UHGV virus genome: UHGV-0219172
DNA length: 31,814 bases
Origin: a virus
Direction: 5' to 3' (one strand)
Shown here piece by piece: positions 1-8,068 of this stretch. The notes below the pieces were generated by a model. That model was not told the origin of the DNA, searched no databases, and was given only the letters and a program-made list of their open reading frames with translations. Within the stretch, counting starts at the first letter, position 1; each line of letters opens with the position of its first letter. The position numbers and the translations under genes were made by a program.

Positions 1-138
1 CATAACCTGAATCTGAGGCAGCACCTGGCACGGCTGGGACGGAAGTCGCTGTCGTTCTCAAAATCGGTGGAGCTGCATGACAAAGTCATCGGGCATTATC
101 TGAACATAAAACACTATCAATAAGTTGGAGTCATTACC
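1..138 (+). mobile_element. insB: IS1 right end (partial; window begins inside the element), includes insB C-terminus (1-123) and terminal inverted repeat
   Basis: Frame 1 reads ...[40 protein letters not shown] (stop 121-123), followed by ...AAGTTGGAGTCATTACC ending at 138. Both match my recollection of the IS1 InsB C-terminus and IS1 terminal repeat (reverse complement GGTAATGACTCCAACTTATTGATAG). Confidence 0.75.
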
Positions 139-305
139 AAAGCCCCCATGGAGTTACCCTGAAGGGCCTCAATGTCCGTAATTCCTACTTATGTAGGAAA
201 TGTTGTACAGAACATTTATTATAATCCTATTCAATTATAATAATCATGCCATTATTATATTTAAACACTAGAGAGTGTCGTTGGTATTTAATGGGGGAAG
301 GTGAG

Positions 306-623
306 ATGAAAAAGATAGCTGCTATATCATTAATTAGTATTTTTATTATGTCTGGTTGTGCTGTGCATAATGATGAGACAAGTATCGGTAAATTTGGTCT
401 TGCATATAAAAGTAATATTCAGCGTAAACTCGATAACCAATACTACACCGAAGCCGAAGCTTCTTTAGCCAGGGGTAGAATATCTGGTGCAGAAAATATA
501 GTAAAAAATGATGCAACTCATTTCTGTGTTACTCAGGGCAAAAAAATGCAAATAGTTGAGCTGAAGACAGAAGGTGTAGGATTACATGGTGTCGCTCGTC
601 TGACATTCAAATGTGGAGAGTGA
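306..623 (+). CDS. small putative lipoprotein (105 aa), unknown function; outside the prophage
   Basis: ATG at 306 preceded by a purine-rich SD-like stretch. N-terminus MKKIAAISLISIFIMSGC is a typical lipoprotein signal peptide with an M-S-G-C lipobox. Visibly AT-rich. An in-frame ATG at 291 is a less likely start. Confidence 0.6.
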   Translation: MKKIAAISLISIFIMSGCAVHNDETSIGKFGLAYKSNIQRKLDNQYYTEAEASLARGRISGAENIVKNDATHFCVTQGKKMQIVELKTEGVGLHGVARLTFKCGE

Positions 624-782
624 GAATATTTTTTGGTAAGCGTCAAATATGCGCGTTCTGGCTGTGCGTAGCCGGAACCTGTGGGAGCACGATGCCGATA
701 AGTGAAAGGCATCGTGCTATGAAGGAGGATTCTATCGATGTGGTCAATGGAAGACGGTTACCAGAGATAGGGCTTATGCATA

Positions 783-809
783 AAAAAATAAGCCCGTGTA
801 AGGGAGATT
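783..809. repeat. attL core: 27-bp direct repeat AAAAAATAAGCCCGTGTAAGGGAGATT (P2-type att core)
   Basis: Exact 27-bp copy also at 31675-31701. Sits about 80 bp beyond the int stop codon. Matches my recollection of the P2 att core sequence. Confidence 0.85.
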
Positions 810-888
810 TAGGGTGTCATCAGTAGGGGCTTTCAACGGTACAATGCGGGTTTGAGCGGCATAAATGACCACTGAAAGCCCTTAAACG

Positions 889-1902
889 TTACTCTACTGT
901 GGACACTGTGTGGACACTCTCGGCCTCAGTACCACCTCTCAGCGGATTAAGAGAAATGGCGTCCTGAAGGTACTCTGGAGCAAAATGAGCGTAAACCATA
1001 GTTTGCTCAATCCGCGTGTGACCTAGTATCCGTTGTAGCGTGATAATACTTCCTCCATTAATCATGAAATGAGTGGCAAAGCTGTGCCTTAGTGCATGTG
1101 TGGCTTGCCCCATTGGCAAATCCGGTTTTATTGCTTTCATTGTTCGTCTGAAGCGAGGGTAATCAGCATCAGGGAATAAAAAACCTCGTTTGTTATCCGC
1201 GATCATTTTGGCAACAGCCTCTGAGATCGGGACGGTGCGTGGTTTGTTTGTTTTCGTTTTAACAAACGTGACGCGGTTATGAATGATATTTTCTGCTTTC
1301 AAACGAGCTGCTTCTCCCCAACGTGCTCCAGTACTCAGGCAAAGAATCGCAATCTTTTTGTTGTCGCCGTCAAGAGCTGCGAGCAGTAAGGCAATTTCTT
1401 CCTGCGTGAGATAGCCTGTGTCTGGTTTTTCCTCCTTAAGCCTTTTTGTCCCTCTGATAGGGTGCTCACCAAAGTATAACTCCGCTTCAATCAGGGCTGT
1501 AAACATGCCGCTAATACATGTTAAATCACGATTGATACTCGAAGGTTTAATACCCTGACTTCTTCGGGTGGCGCAGTATTGGCTGATAAGCGATTTCGTA
1601 ATTTGAAATGCGCATGGGTCATTCGTTATTTTTGTGAAGATTTCAATTTTTCCAAGATTAGATTTCCCATGCTCTTCGTGTTTACCCTTTAAATCCCACC
1701 AGATCTGTGTCAGCTCCGACAGACGTCGCTTGTCTGTTGGTTTTGATAGCCATTCTTTATTGTGGTGGTTGTACAACGTGTATTTCTCGAAAGCGACAGC
1801 TTCGCTTTTCTTATCAAACTTCCTACGGATGCGTTTTCCATTACGTCCAGTAGGGCGGATGTCCACTTCATATCGACCATCATCGAGTTTTTTGATTGCC
1901 AT
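889..1902 (-). CDS. int: P2-type tyrosine integrase
   Basis: 337-aa ORF adjacent to attL. C-terminal region contains ...HALRHSFATHFMINGGSIITLQRILGHTRIEQTMVYAH..., the tyrosine-recombinase R-H-R-Y catalytic region. Lies downstream of the C repressor gene as in P2. Confidence 0.9.
   Translation of the reverse strand: MAIKKLDDGRYEVDIRPTGRNGKRIRRKFDKKSEAVAFEKYTLYNHHNKEWLSKPTDKRRLSELTQIWWDLKGKHEEHGKSNLGKIEIFTKITNDPCAFQITKSLISQYCATRRSQGIKPSSINRDLTCISGMFTALIEAELYFGEHPIRGTKRLKEEKPDTGYLTQEEIALLLAALDGDNKKIAILCLSTGARWGEAARLKAENIIHNRVTFVKTKTNKPRTVPISEAVAKMIADNKRGFLFPDADYPRFRRTMKAIKPDLPMGQATHALRHSFATHFMINGGSIITLQRILGHTRIEQTMVYAHFAPEYLQDAISLNPLRGGTEAESVHTVSTVE
898..917. promoter_or_regulatory. candidate Int arm-type binding sites: two direct TGTGGACAC repeats spaced 11 bp
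   Basis: TGTGGACAC at 898-906 and 909-917, inside the last codons of int. Matches recalled P2 Int arm-site consensus TGTGGACA. Confidence 0.5.
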
Positions 1903-2017
1903 CAGAAAACCCTCCGAGTGGTGTGTTTTTTTGCGACTACTAATCGTTTTTTTCGTGGTGGCTGAAATTTAGCCACCAATAGTAGGCACTTGTGATGAAT
2001 ATATTCACGATGAATTG

Positions 2018-2317
2018 TTAACCAGTCTTTTGACCGGAGTGGGGCGACGTTGTTTCGTTTTGCCCAAAGTGTGCGAGAGCGGGCGCAATTTGCCCGGACT
2101 CAGGAGCGATCTGATTTGTCATGAACCATAAAGTGTATTTGGTGAATTGTGGGGTCTGCAGGATGTTCATCATGACATCTGTTGGAGGTGTTGAACGACC
2201 ACTTTCATAGTAACTCAGCGTGCCATACGGAACCCCTGTTAAATCAGCAAGTTGTTGTCTGCTCAAATACTCAGATTTTCGCATTAAGACTATCTTCTCG
2301 CTTATCGTGTTTGACAT
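2018..2317 (-). CDS. C: immunity repressor C
   Basis: 99-aa ORF with an HTH region (LSRQQLADLTGVPYGTLSYYESG), transcribed divergently from cox, directly upstream of int as in P2. Confidence 0.85.
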   Translation of the reverse strand: MSNTISEKIVLMRKSEYLSRQQLADLTGVPYGTLSYYESGRSTPPTDVMMNILQTPQFTKYTLWFMTNQIAPESGQIAPALAHFGQNETTSPHSGQKTG

Positions 2318-2350
2318 AGTGTTTAGATCTCAATAGTATTTAGTTTAGAT
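2311..2350. promoter_or_regulatory. early promoter Pe with C-repressor operator half-sites (two 8-bp direct repeats GTTTAGAT, 22 bp centre to centre, flanking the -10)
   Basis: TTGACA at 2311-2316, 17-bp spacer, TAGTAT at 2334-2339. GTTTAGAT at 2321-2328 and 2343-2350. Fits the P2 arrangement of operator repeats flanking the Pe -10. Confidence 0.6.
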
Positions 2351-2380
2351 GTAGATTGTTTAGTGCTTGGATGTGGGCAC

Positions 2381-2410
2381 TAAAAGGCATTATAAGGCAT
2401 TAAACGCAAT
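2381..2410. promoter_or_regulatory. three tandem ~10-bp repeats (TAAAAGGCAT / TATAAGGCAT / TAAACGCAAT), candidate Cox boxes in the Pc region
   Basis: Directly visible 10-bp periodic repeats immediately upstream of cox, in the region where a leftward C promoter would lie. Resembles recalled P2 Cox-box consensus (TTAAAG/CNCA). Confidence 0.4.
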
Positions 2411-2431
2411 TCATGAGGGCTGGAGGACGAC

Positions 2432-2707
2432 ATGAGCAAGCAAGTAACACTCATGACTGATGCGATTCCTTATCAGGAGTTCGCAAAACTAATAGGAAAA
2501 TCGACAGGAGCGGTTCGTCGGATGATCGATAAAGGAAAGCTGCCTGTAATTGATATGACCGATCCACAATCAGCTTCAGGTCGTGCAGGTGAATATTGGG
2601 TATACCTTCCGGCATGGAATAACGGACTAAAACTGGCTTATGAAAGCCGCCCTAAAGAGATTCGTGACGGCTGGTTGATGTGGTTAGGTCTCGGTGAACC
2701 ACGTTAA
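2432..2707 (+). CDS. cox: Cox, excisionase and repressor of Pc
   Basis: 91-aa ORF, first gene of the rightward early operon, divergent from C. Position and size as in P2. Confidence 0.85.
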   Translation: MSKQVTLMTDAIPYQEFAKLIGKSTGAVRRMIDKGKLPVIDMTDPQSASGRAGEYWVYLPAWNNGLKLAYESRPKEIRDGWLMWLGLGEPR

Positions 2708-2717
2708 GGAGAACCGT

Positions 2718-2888
2718 ATGAATGAGCCTCGTTGTATTGCTCAGTTACTGCGTAACGAAAGCCCCAGGGCGATTGACTTCACCATTACCCACGGTAAGGG
2801 ACGCAAGGGAATCATTATCCGCACCAAAAAACAGAGTCCGTTAAAGAAGGCTCTGACCTTTCTGAAAAGTCGGAGGGTCTGGAAATGA
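2718..2888 (+). CDS. small early protein (P2 orf78-like), unknown function
   Basis: ATG at 2718 with AAGGAG 6 nt upstream. The track ORF begins at GTG 2694, which I consider less likely. Stop overlaps the B start (ATGA). Confidence 0.55.
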   Translation: MNEPRCIAQLLRNESPRAIDFTITHGKGRKGIIIRTKKQSPLKKALTFLKSRRVWK

Positions 2889-3385
2889 CAGTGATGACGC
2901 TCAATCTTGTTGAAAAACAGCCAGCAGCTATGCGCCGGATAATTGGTAAGCATCTGGCCGTCCCTCGCTGGCAGGAGACATGCGATTATTATAATCAGAT
3001 GATGGAACGTGAACGGCTAACGGTTTGCTTCCATGCGCAGTTAAAACAGCGTCACGCAACGATGCGTTTTGAAGAAATGAATGATGTCGAACGTGAACGA
3101 CTGGTATGTGCAATTGATGAATTGCGTGGGGCATTCTCAAAACGCCGTCAGGTTGGCGCAAGTGAGTATGCATATATTAGTTTTTTAACAGTCAGTCAGC
3201 GTCGTACTTTATTTATGCATGCCGGATTGACTGAAAAAGAATTCAACCAGCCATACTGGCGAATTAATGAAGAGTCATGTTACTGGCGTGATGCTTTATT
3301 CCGTGCATTACGTGAATTATTCAGCCTGTTTGAGTATGCACCGACAATTCTGACGTCGGTAAAACCAGAGCAATATCTGCATTAA
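2885..3385 (+). CDS. B: replication protein B (helicase-loader-like)
   Basis: 166-aa ORF in the P2 B position; translation consistent with P2 gpB. Confidence 0.8.
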   Translation: MTVMTLNLVEKQPAAMRRIIGKHLAVPRWQETCDYYNQMMERERLTVCFHAQLKQRHATMRFEEMNDVERERLVCAIDELRGAFSKRRQVGASEYAYISFLTVSQRRTLFMHAGLTEKEFNQPYWRINEESCYWRDALFRALRELFSLFEYAPTILTSVKPEQYLH

Positions 3386-3448
3386 GTAATTAACCAGAGT
3401 TTTTAACGCACTTAATCGTGCGGGGCTTCTTTTTGCCTGGAGAAAGTT

Positions 3449-3673
3449 ATGCATACAGTTTCTGAAAATCAGTGCGGTAAATACGCATTACTGCTGCAAC
3501 AGGCCAGAACCGAAGCACAGGCCGACGCTGCGACGCGCTTTTCTTCTCATCTTGATGCCATGATTCGCCACATCACAAAGGCGGAGTTATCCCGCGTGGA
3601 GATAGTCGAGCTGCTCAGTCAGGAGTCGGAAAAATTTCACAATATCGGATTGTCTCGCGGGGAGGTGCTTTGA
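3449..3673 (+). CDS. early operon small protein (P2 orf80-like)
   Basis: 74-aa ORF with GGAG SD, in the conserved P2 early-operon position. Confidence 0.6.
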   Translation: MHTVSENQCGKYALLLQQARTEAQADAATRFSSHLDAMIRHITKAELSRVEIVELLSQESEKFHNIGLSRGEVL

Positions 3674-3975
3674 TGTCCTGTTCTCGTTCAGTTGTATTAC
3701 TGAATAACGCCTTAAAAATCGCCGTTATGAAAAATGGCGATTTGTCTCTTATTCAACTTGGTCTTGATAAAGAAAAACGCGAAATAACTGAGTCTGTTAT
3801 CGCGATTTATCAGAACGAATTAAACCTCCTGTCTGATGTGGTCAATTTACTTGTTAAACGCGCTGTGTTTCACAAGCAAATCTCCTCCGTGGATGAACTG
3901 ACGAAATTAACGACAGAAATCGCCAGCTATTGCGCTGATGAATTTAAAAAACTGAACGACAAAAGGAACTGGTAA
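3670..3975 (+). CDS. early operon small protein (P2 orf81-like)
   Basis: 101-aa ORF translationally coupled to the upstream gene (start overlaps its stop). Confidence 0.6.
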   Translation: MMSCSRSVVLLNNALKIAVMKNGDLSLIQLGLDKEKREITESVIAIYQNELNLLSDVVNLLVKRAVFHKQISSVDELTKLTTEIASYCADEFKKLNDKRNW

Positions 3976-4199
3976 TGCCGGACAACGTAGATTTTATTCA
4001 GGAACAACAGGCTGAATTACTGGAGCGCCAGATTAACGCGGCAAGGGTAAAACATTGCGGTGTTTCTTCGCTGGTTTGCGAAGAGTGTGATGCGCCAATA
4101 CCTGCTGCCCGTCGTGCGGCTTATCCGTCAGCCACGCGTTGTGTTTCCTGTCAGTCAGTCTTTGAAGCAAAAAACAAACATTACCGGAGAACGGCATGA
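3975..4199 (+). CDS. TraR/DksA-type C4 zinc-finger protein (P2 orf82-like)
   Basis: 74-aa ORF with CEEC-x17-CVSC, a four-cysteine zinc finger of the DksA/TraR type. Confidence 0.65.
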   Translation: MPDNVDFIQEQQAELLERQINAARVKHCGVSSLVCEECDAPIPAARRAAYPSATRCVSCQSVFEAKNKHYRRTA

Positions 4200-4471
4200 G
4201 TATTCGTATTGAAATTGGCGAACGTTATGTCGTTACCAGTGACAGCTTTCAGTTTATTCTCCACGAGAAAAAGAGAGCGGAAAGCGGTAAAAACGCCGGT
4301 CAGGAATGGCTGTCGGTGGTTGGTTATTACCCGAAATTAAGCCAGCTCGTTTCCGGCCTGATGCATCACGATATTCTGACCGGAAGCGCAAAGTCTTTTG
4401 CTGATTTAAACGCGCAGGTTGAGCAACTCAGCAAGCGTTGTTCAGAGGCTTTTGGCTCATATGGCCGTTAA
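4196..4471 (+). CDS. early operon small protein (P2 orf83-like)
   Basis: 91-aa ORF, overlapping-start coupling with its neighbours. Confidence 0.55.
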   Translation: MSIRIEIGERYVVTSDSFQFILHEKKRAESGKNAGQEWLSVVGYYPKLSQLVSGLMHHDILTGSAKSFADLNAQVEQLSKRCSEAFGSYGR

Positions 4472-6632
4472 AGCCTCCGGGCGTTTTGTCCCTCCGCCAG
4501 CATTTGCCGCAGGCACCGGTAAGGCGTTTACCGGTGCTTATGCATGGAACGCGCCACGCGAGGCCGTCGGGCGCGAAAGACCCCTTACACGTGACGAGAT
4601 GCGTCAGGTGCAAGGTGTTTTATCCACGATTAACCGCCTGCCTTACTTTTTGCGCTCGCTGTTTACTTCACGCTATGACTACATCCGGCGCAATAAAAGC
4701 CCGGTGCACGGGTTTTATTTCCTCACATCCACTTTTCAGCGTCGTTTATGGCCGCGCATTGAGCGTGTGAATCAGCGCCATGAAATGAACACCGACGCGT
4801 CGTTACTGTTTCTGGCAGAGCGTGACCACTATGCGCGCCTGCCGGGAATGAATGATAAGGAGCTAAAAAAGTTTGCTGCCCGTATCTCATCGCAGCTTTT
4901 CATGATGTATGAGGAACTCAGCGATGCCTGGGTGGATGCGCATGGCGAAAAAGAATCGCTGTTTACGGATGAGGCGCAGGCTCACCTCTATGGTCATGTT
5001 GCTGGCGCTGCACGTGCTTTCAATATTTCCCCGCTCTACTGGAAAAAATACCGTAAAGGGCAGATGACCACGAGGCAGGCATATTCTGCCATTGCCCGTC
5101 TGTTTAACGATGAGTGGTGGACTCATCAGCTTAAAGGCCAGCGTATGCGCTGGCATGAGGCGTTACTGATTGCTGTCGGGGAGGTCAATAAAGACCGTTC
5201 TCCTTATGCCAGTAAACATGCCATTCGTGATGTGCGTGCACGCCGCCAGGCAAATCTGGAATTTCTTAAATCGTGTGACCTTGAAAACAGGGAAACCGGC
5301 GAGCGCATCGACCTTATCAGTAAGGTGATGGGCAGTATTTCTAATCCTGAAATTCGCCGGATGGAGCTGATGAACACCATTGCCGGTATTGAGCGTTACG
5401 CCGCCGCAGAGGGTGATGTGGGGATGTTTATCACGCTGACCGCGCCGTCAAAGTATCACCCGACACGTCAGGTCAGAAAAGGCGAAAGTAAAACCGTTCA
5501 GCTTAATCACGGCTGGAACGATGAGGCATTTAATCCAAAGGATGCGCAGCGTTATCTCTGCCGCATCTGGAGCCTGATGCGCACGGCATTCAAGGATAAT
5601 GATTTACAGGTCTACGGTTTGCGTGTCGTCGAGCCACACCACGACGGAACGCCGCACTGGCATATGATGCTTTTTTGTAATCCACGCCAGCGTAACCAGA
5701 TTATCGAAATCATGCGTCGCTACGCGCTCAAAGAGGATGGAGACGAAAGAGGAGCTGCGCGAAACCGTTTTCAGGCAAAACACCTTAACCGGGGCGGTGC
5801 TGCGGGATATATCGCGAAATACATTTCAAAAAACATCGACGGCTATGCACTGGATGGTCAGCTCGATAACGATACCGGCAGGCCGCTGAAAGACACAGCG
5901 GCGGCTGTTACCGCATGGGCGTCAACGTGGCGCATCCCGCAATTTAAAACGGTTGGCCTGCCGACAATGGGGGCTTACCGTGAACTACGCAAATTGCCTC
6001 GCGGCGTCAGCATTGCTGATGAGTTTGACGAACGCGTCGAGGTTGCACGCGCCGCCGCAGACAGTGGTGATTTTGCGTTGTATATCAGCGCGCAGGGCGG
6101 GGCAAATGTCCCGCGCGATTGTCAGACTGTCAGGGTCGCCCGTAGTCCGTCGGATGAAGTTAACGAGTACGAGGAAGAAGTCGAGAGAGTGGTCGGCATT
6201 TACGCGCCGCATCTCGGCGCGCGTCATATTCATATCACCAGAACGACGGACTGGCGCATTGTGCCGAAAGTGCCGGTCGTTGAGCCTTTGACTTTAAAAA
6301 GCGGCATCGCCGCGCCTCGGAGTCCTGTCAATAACTGTGGAAAGTTCACCGGCGGTGACGTTCCGGTTATGCACCCTACACCGTCTGAGCATGCCGCAGC
6401 GGTGTTAAATCTGGTTGATAGTGGTGTTATCGGATGGGATGACCCGGAAGTTGTGACGGTGCTCAGGAGTGCATTAAAACATGGTGCACCGAGACCGAAT
6501 TGGCAACAAAGAAACTGCGAACCATTAAAACCGTACCAGATAGCGCCATCAGGGCGGATGAAAAAGGCTGAACGTTCGCAGATTCCACGCATCCATTTCG
6601 AGCTGGCACTAATTGGTAAAACCTATCAATAG
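4461..6632 (+). CDS. A: replication initiation protein A (rolling-circle nickase)
   Basis: Large ORF; the translation contains GYIAKYISKNIDGY, the paired active-site tyrosine motif of P2 A-type initiators. Start is ambiguous: in-frame ATGs at 4419 and 4461, both overlapping the end of the upstream gene. Confidence 0.85.
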   Translation: MAVKASGRFVPPPAFAAGTGKAFTGAYAWNAPREAVGRERPLTRDEMRQVQGVLSTINRLPYFLRSLFTSRYDYIRRNKSPVHGFYFLTSTFQRRLWPRIERVNQRHEMNTDASLLFLAERDHYARLPGMNDKELKKFAARISSQLFMMYEELSDAWVDAHGEKESLFTDEAQAHLYGHVAGAARAFNISPLYWKKYRKGQMTTRQAYSAIARLFNDEWWTHQLKGQRMRWHEALLIAVGEVNKDRSPYASKHAIRDVRARRQANLEFLKSCDLENRETGERIDLISKVMGSISNPEIRRMELMNTIAGIERYAAAEGDVGMFITLTAPSKYHPTRQVRKGESKTVQLNHGWNDEAFNPKDAQRYLCRIWSLMRTAFKDNDLQVYGLRVVEPHHDGTPHWHMMLFCNPRQRNQIIEIMRRYALKEDGDERGAARNRFQAKHLNRGGAAGYIAKYISKNIDGYALDGQLDNDTGRPLKDTAAAVTAWASTWRIPQFKTVGLPTMGAYRELRKLPRGVSIADEFDERVEVARAAADSGDFALYISAQGGANVPRDCQTVRVARSPSDEVNEYEEEVERVVGIYAPHLGARHIHITRTTDWRIVPKVPVVEPLTLKSGIAAPRSPVNNCGKFTGGDVPVMHPTPSEHAAAVLNLVDSGVIGWDDPEVVTVLRSALKHGAPRPNWQQRNCEPLKPYQIAPSGRMKKAERSQIPRIHFELALIGKTYQ

Positions 6633-6735
6633 TGATTTAATGAAATTTCGGAGTCATAAATATTGTGTATTTAACTAGATGATTGCAATATAAGTGCTTA
6701 TTATTTATGCGATTATAGCCATAACGGAGCTGAGT

Positions 6736-7665
6736 ATGAGTGTTGCAAGGCATCATCATTTTTTATCCCAATGTTATTTGAAAGGGTTTACAAGTAATGG
6801 GGGGAAAAAATCAAAATTAACTGTAATAGATTTAAAGGAGCGCAAAACCTTTGAGAGTAATACTCGCAATGTCGGGGGGGTTAGAGATTTCAACCGATTA
6901 GAATTGGATGGAGTTGACCCAAACTATCTCGAGAGTTCTCTTGCAGAGTTTGAAGGCAGTGTAGCTACTCATTTAAGAAAACTTGAGGAGGGGGGCGAGT
7001 TTTCAGGCGAAACCAAAGATGTTATTCTGGAGTTTATTTCCTTATTGGCAATACGTACGCCTGCTCAGCGAGAACATTTATCATCTCCATTGAAACAAAT
7101 AGCAAAGTTTATCATGAAATCCTCAGTTAGTTCGGCTGAGCGTTGGGACGATTGCAAATTAGCTTATGAGAAAGAAATGGGTGAGTCTTTGCCATATGAT
7201 CTCGCTTACGAAAAAATTAAAAATTTTGTGGATGGGGATAATTTCGAAATCAATGTAATCAGAGAGTTCATGATAGATATGGAAATGAAATGTGTACCTG
7301 TTATCACCAAGTTGTTGCATCAACGCAACTGGTCACTTATGACCATATCTGATGGGCAAGGGTCATTTATAACTTCAGATAACCCAGTTTGCTTAATGTG
7401 GACTAATCCTGAATTAGCACGAGGCCCTTATTCCCCCGGGTTTGGTGTAAAAGACACTTTAGTTTTGTTCCCAGTATCAAAAAACCTTCTTTTGGCGGGC
7501 GAGTTTGATGGTCATGAGGGTGTATTCAGTTGTAATGAGGAGCAGGCTGCGGTCTTCAATACTTCAGTCATTCGGCATACCGCAGAAAGAATATTTTCAT
7601 CTAATGATAATTTCAAATTTTTAGACTCATCTAAAAAAATGAAGCAAGGCAAAAGCCTGGTTTGA
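6736..7665 (+). CDS. cargo gene at the A-cos (tin/old) position: DUF4238-like protein, candidate single-gene anti-phage defence
   Basis: ATG 6736 with GGAG SD (6726-6729). The track start at 6694 is GTG. N-terminus HHFLSQCYLKGF and internal ITSDNPV resemble recalled DUF4238 signatures. Visibly AT-rich relative to the flanking phage genes. Confidence 0.55.
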   Translation: MSVARHHHFLSQCYLKGFTSNGGKKSKLTVIDLKERKTFESNTRNVGGVRDFNRLELDGVDPNYLESSLAEFEGSVATHLRKLEEGGEFSGETKDVILEFISLLAIRTPAQREHLSSPLKQIAKFIMKSSVSSAERWDDCKLAYEKEMGESLPYDLAYEKIKNFVDGDNFEINVIREFMIDMEMKCVPVITKLLHQRNWSLMTISDGQGSFITSDNPVCLMWTNPELARGPYSPGFGVKDTLVLFPVSKNLLLAGEFDGHEGVFSCNEEQAAVFNTSVIRHTAERIFSSNDNFKFLDSSKKMKQGKSLV

Positions 7666-7880
7666 TAGCGGTTTTTCTATGATTTTACTAGGAGAATTCT
7701 ACCCTTAATCAGTGTGTTTAAAATGATTAATTGTCATAACATTTTTTCATTTTTAGGTGTGCCTAGAAATGCATTCAATTGCATGCGTTTTCCTCCCCTG
7801 TTGCGTCTGAGCGCCACCAGTGCCGGCGCGCCTCCGGTGTATTCGTGCACCTGCATTAAAACCGACCCATAAAGCGGGCA

Positions 7881-7899
7881 GGCGAGGCGGGGATAGCAC
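7881..7899. other. candidate cos site (19-nt cohesive end region GGCGAGGCGGGGATAGCAC)
   Basis: Lies in the GC-rich non-coding region between the cargo gene and the Q stop, where P2 cos resides. Differs at about two positions from my recollection of P2 cos (GGCGAGGCGGGGAAAGCAC). Confidence 0.5.
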
Positions 7900-8041
7900 T
7901 GCGCGCTGGCGGTGGTGCTGATTTTATTTTTTCAGCGTCTCAGCGCGTCGTGACGGCGTTTGGATTGTGCGCCGGGGCGTTGGTGTGTCTGCGGGGTGTT
8001 TTGTGCGGTGGTGAGCGTGTGAGGGCGTGATGACGGGGTGT

Positions 8042-8063
8042 AAAAAAGCCGCCCGCAGGCGGC
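8042..8063 (-). terminator. rho-independent terminator after Q (minus strand)
   Basis: GC stem GCCGCC/GGCGGC (8048-8053 and 8058-8063) with a 4-nt loop, then a six-A run at 8042-8047 (six U on the minus-strand RNA), immediately after the Q stop codon. Confidence 0.6.
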
Positions 8064-8068
8064 GATGT

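Noticed and set aside
198-217. Near-palindrome AAATGTT-GTACAG-AACATTT upstream of the lipoprotein gene, considered as a LexA box
   Set aside because: Does not match the LexA consensus CTGT-N8-ACAG; may still be an operator for an unknown regulator but there is no support for a specific call.
783-809. tRNA gene at the attachment site
   Set aside because: No cloverleaf-compatible sequence seen around either att core; the P2-type core is not a tRNA 3' end.
611-826. 71-aa ORF spanning the attL core
   Set aside because: No SD, crosses the att junction, and overlaps the lipoprotein gene end; likely non-coding flank.
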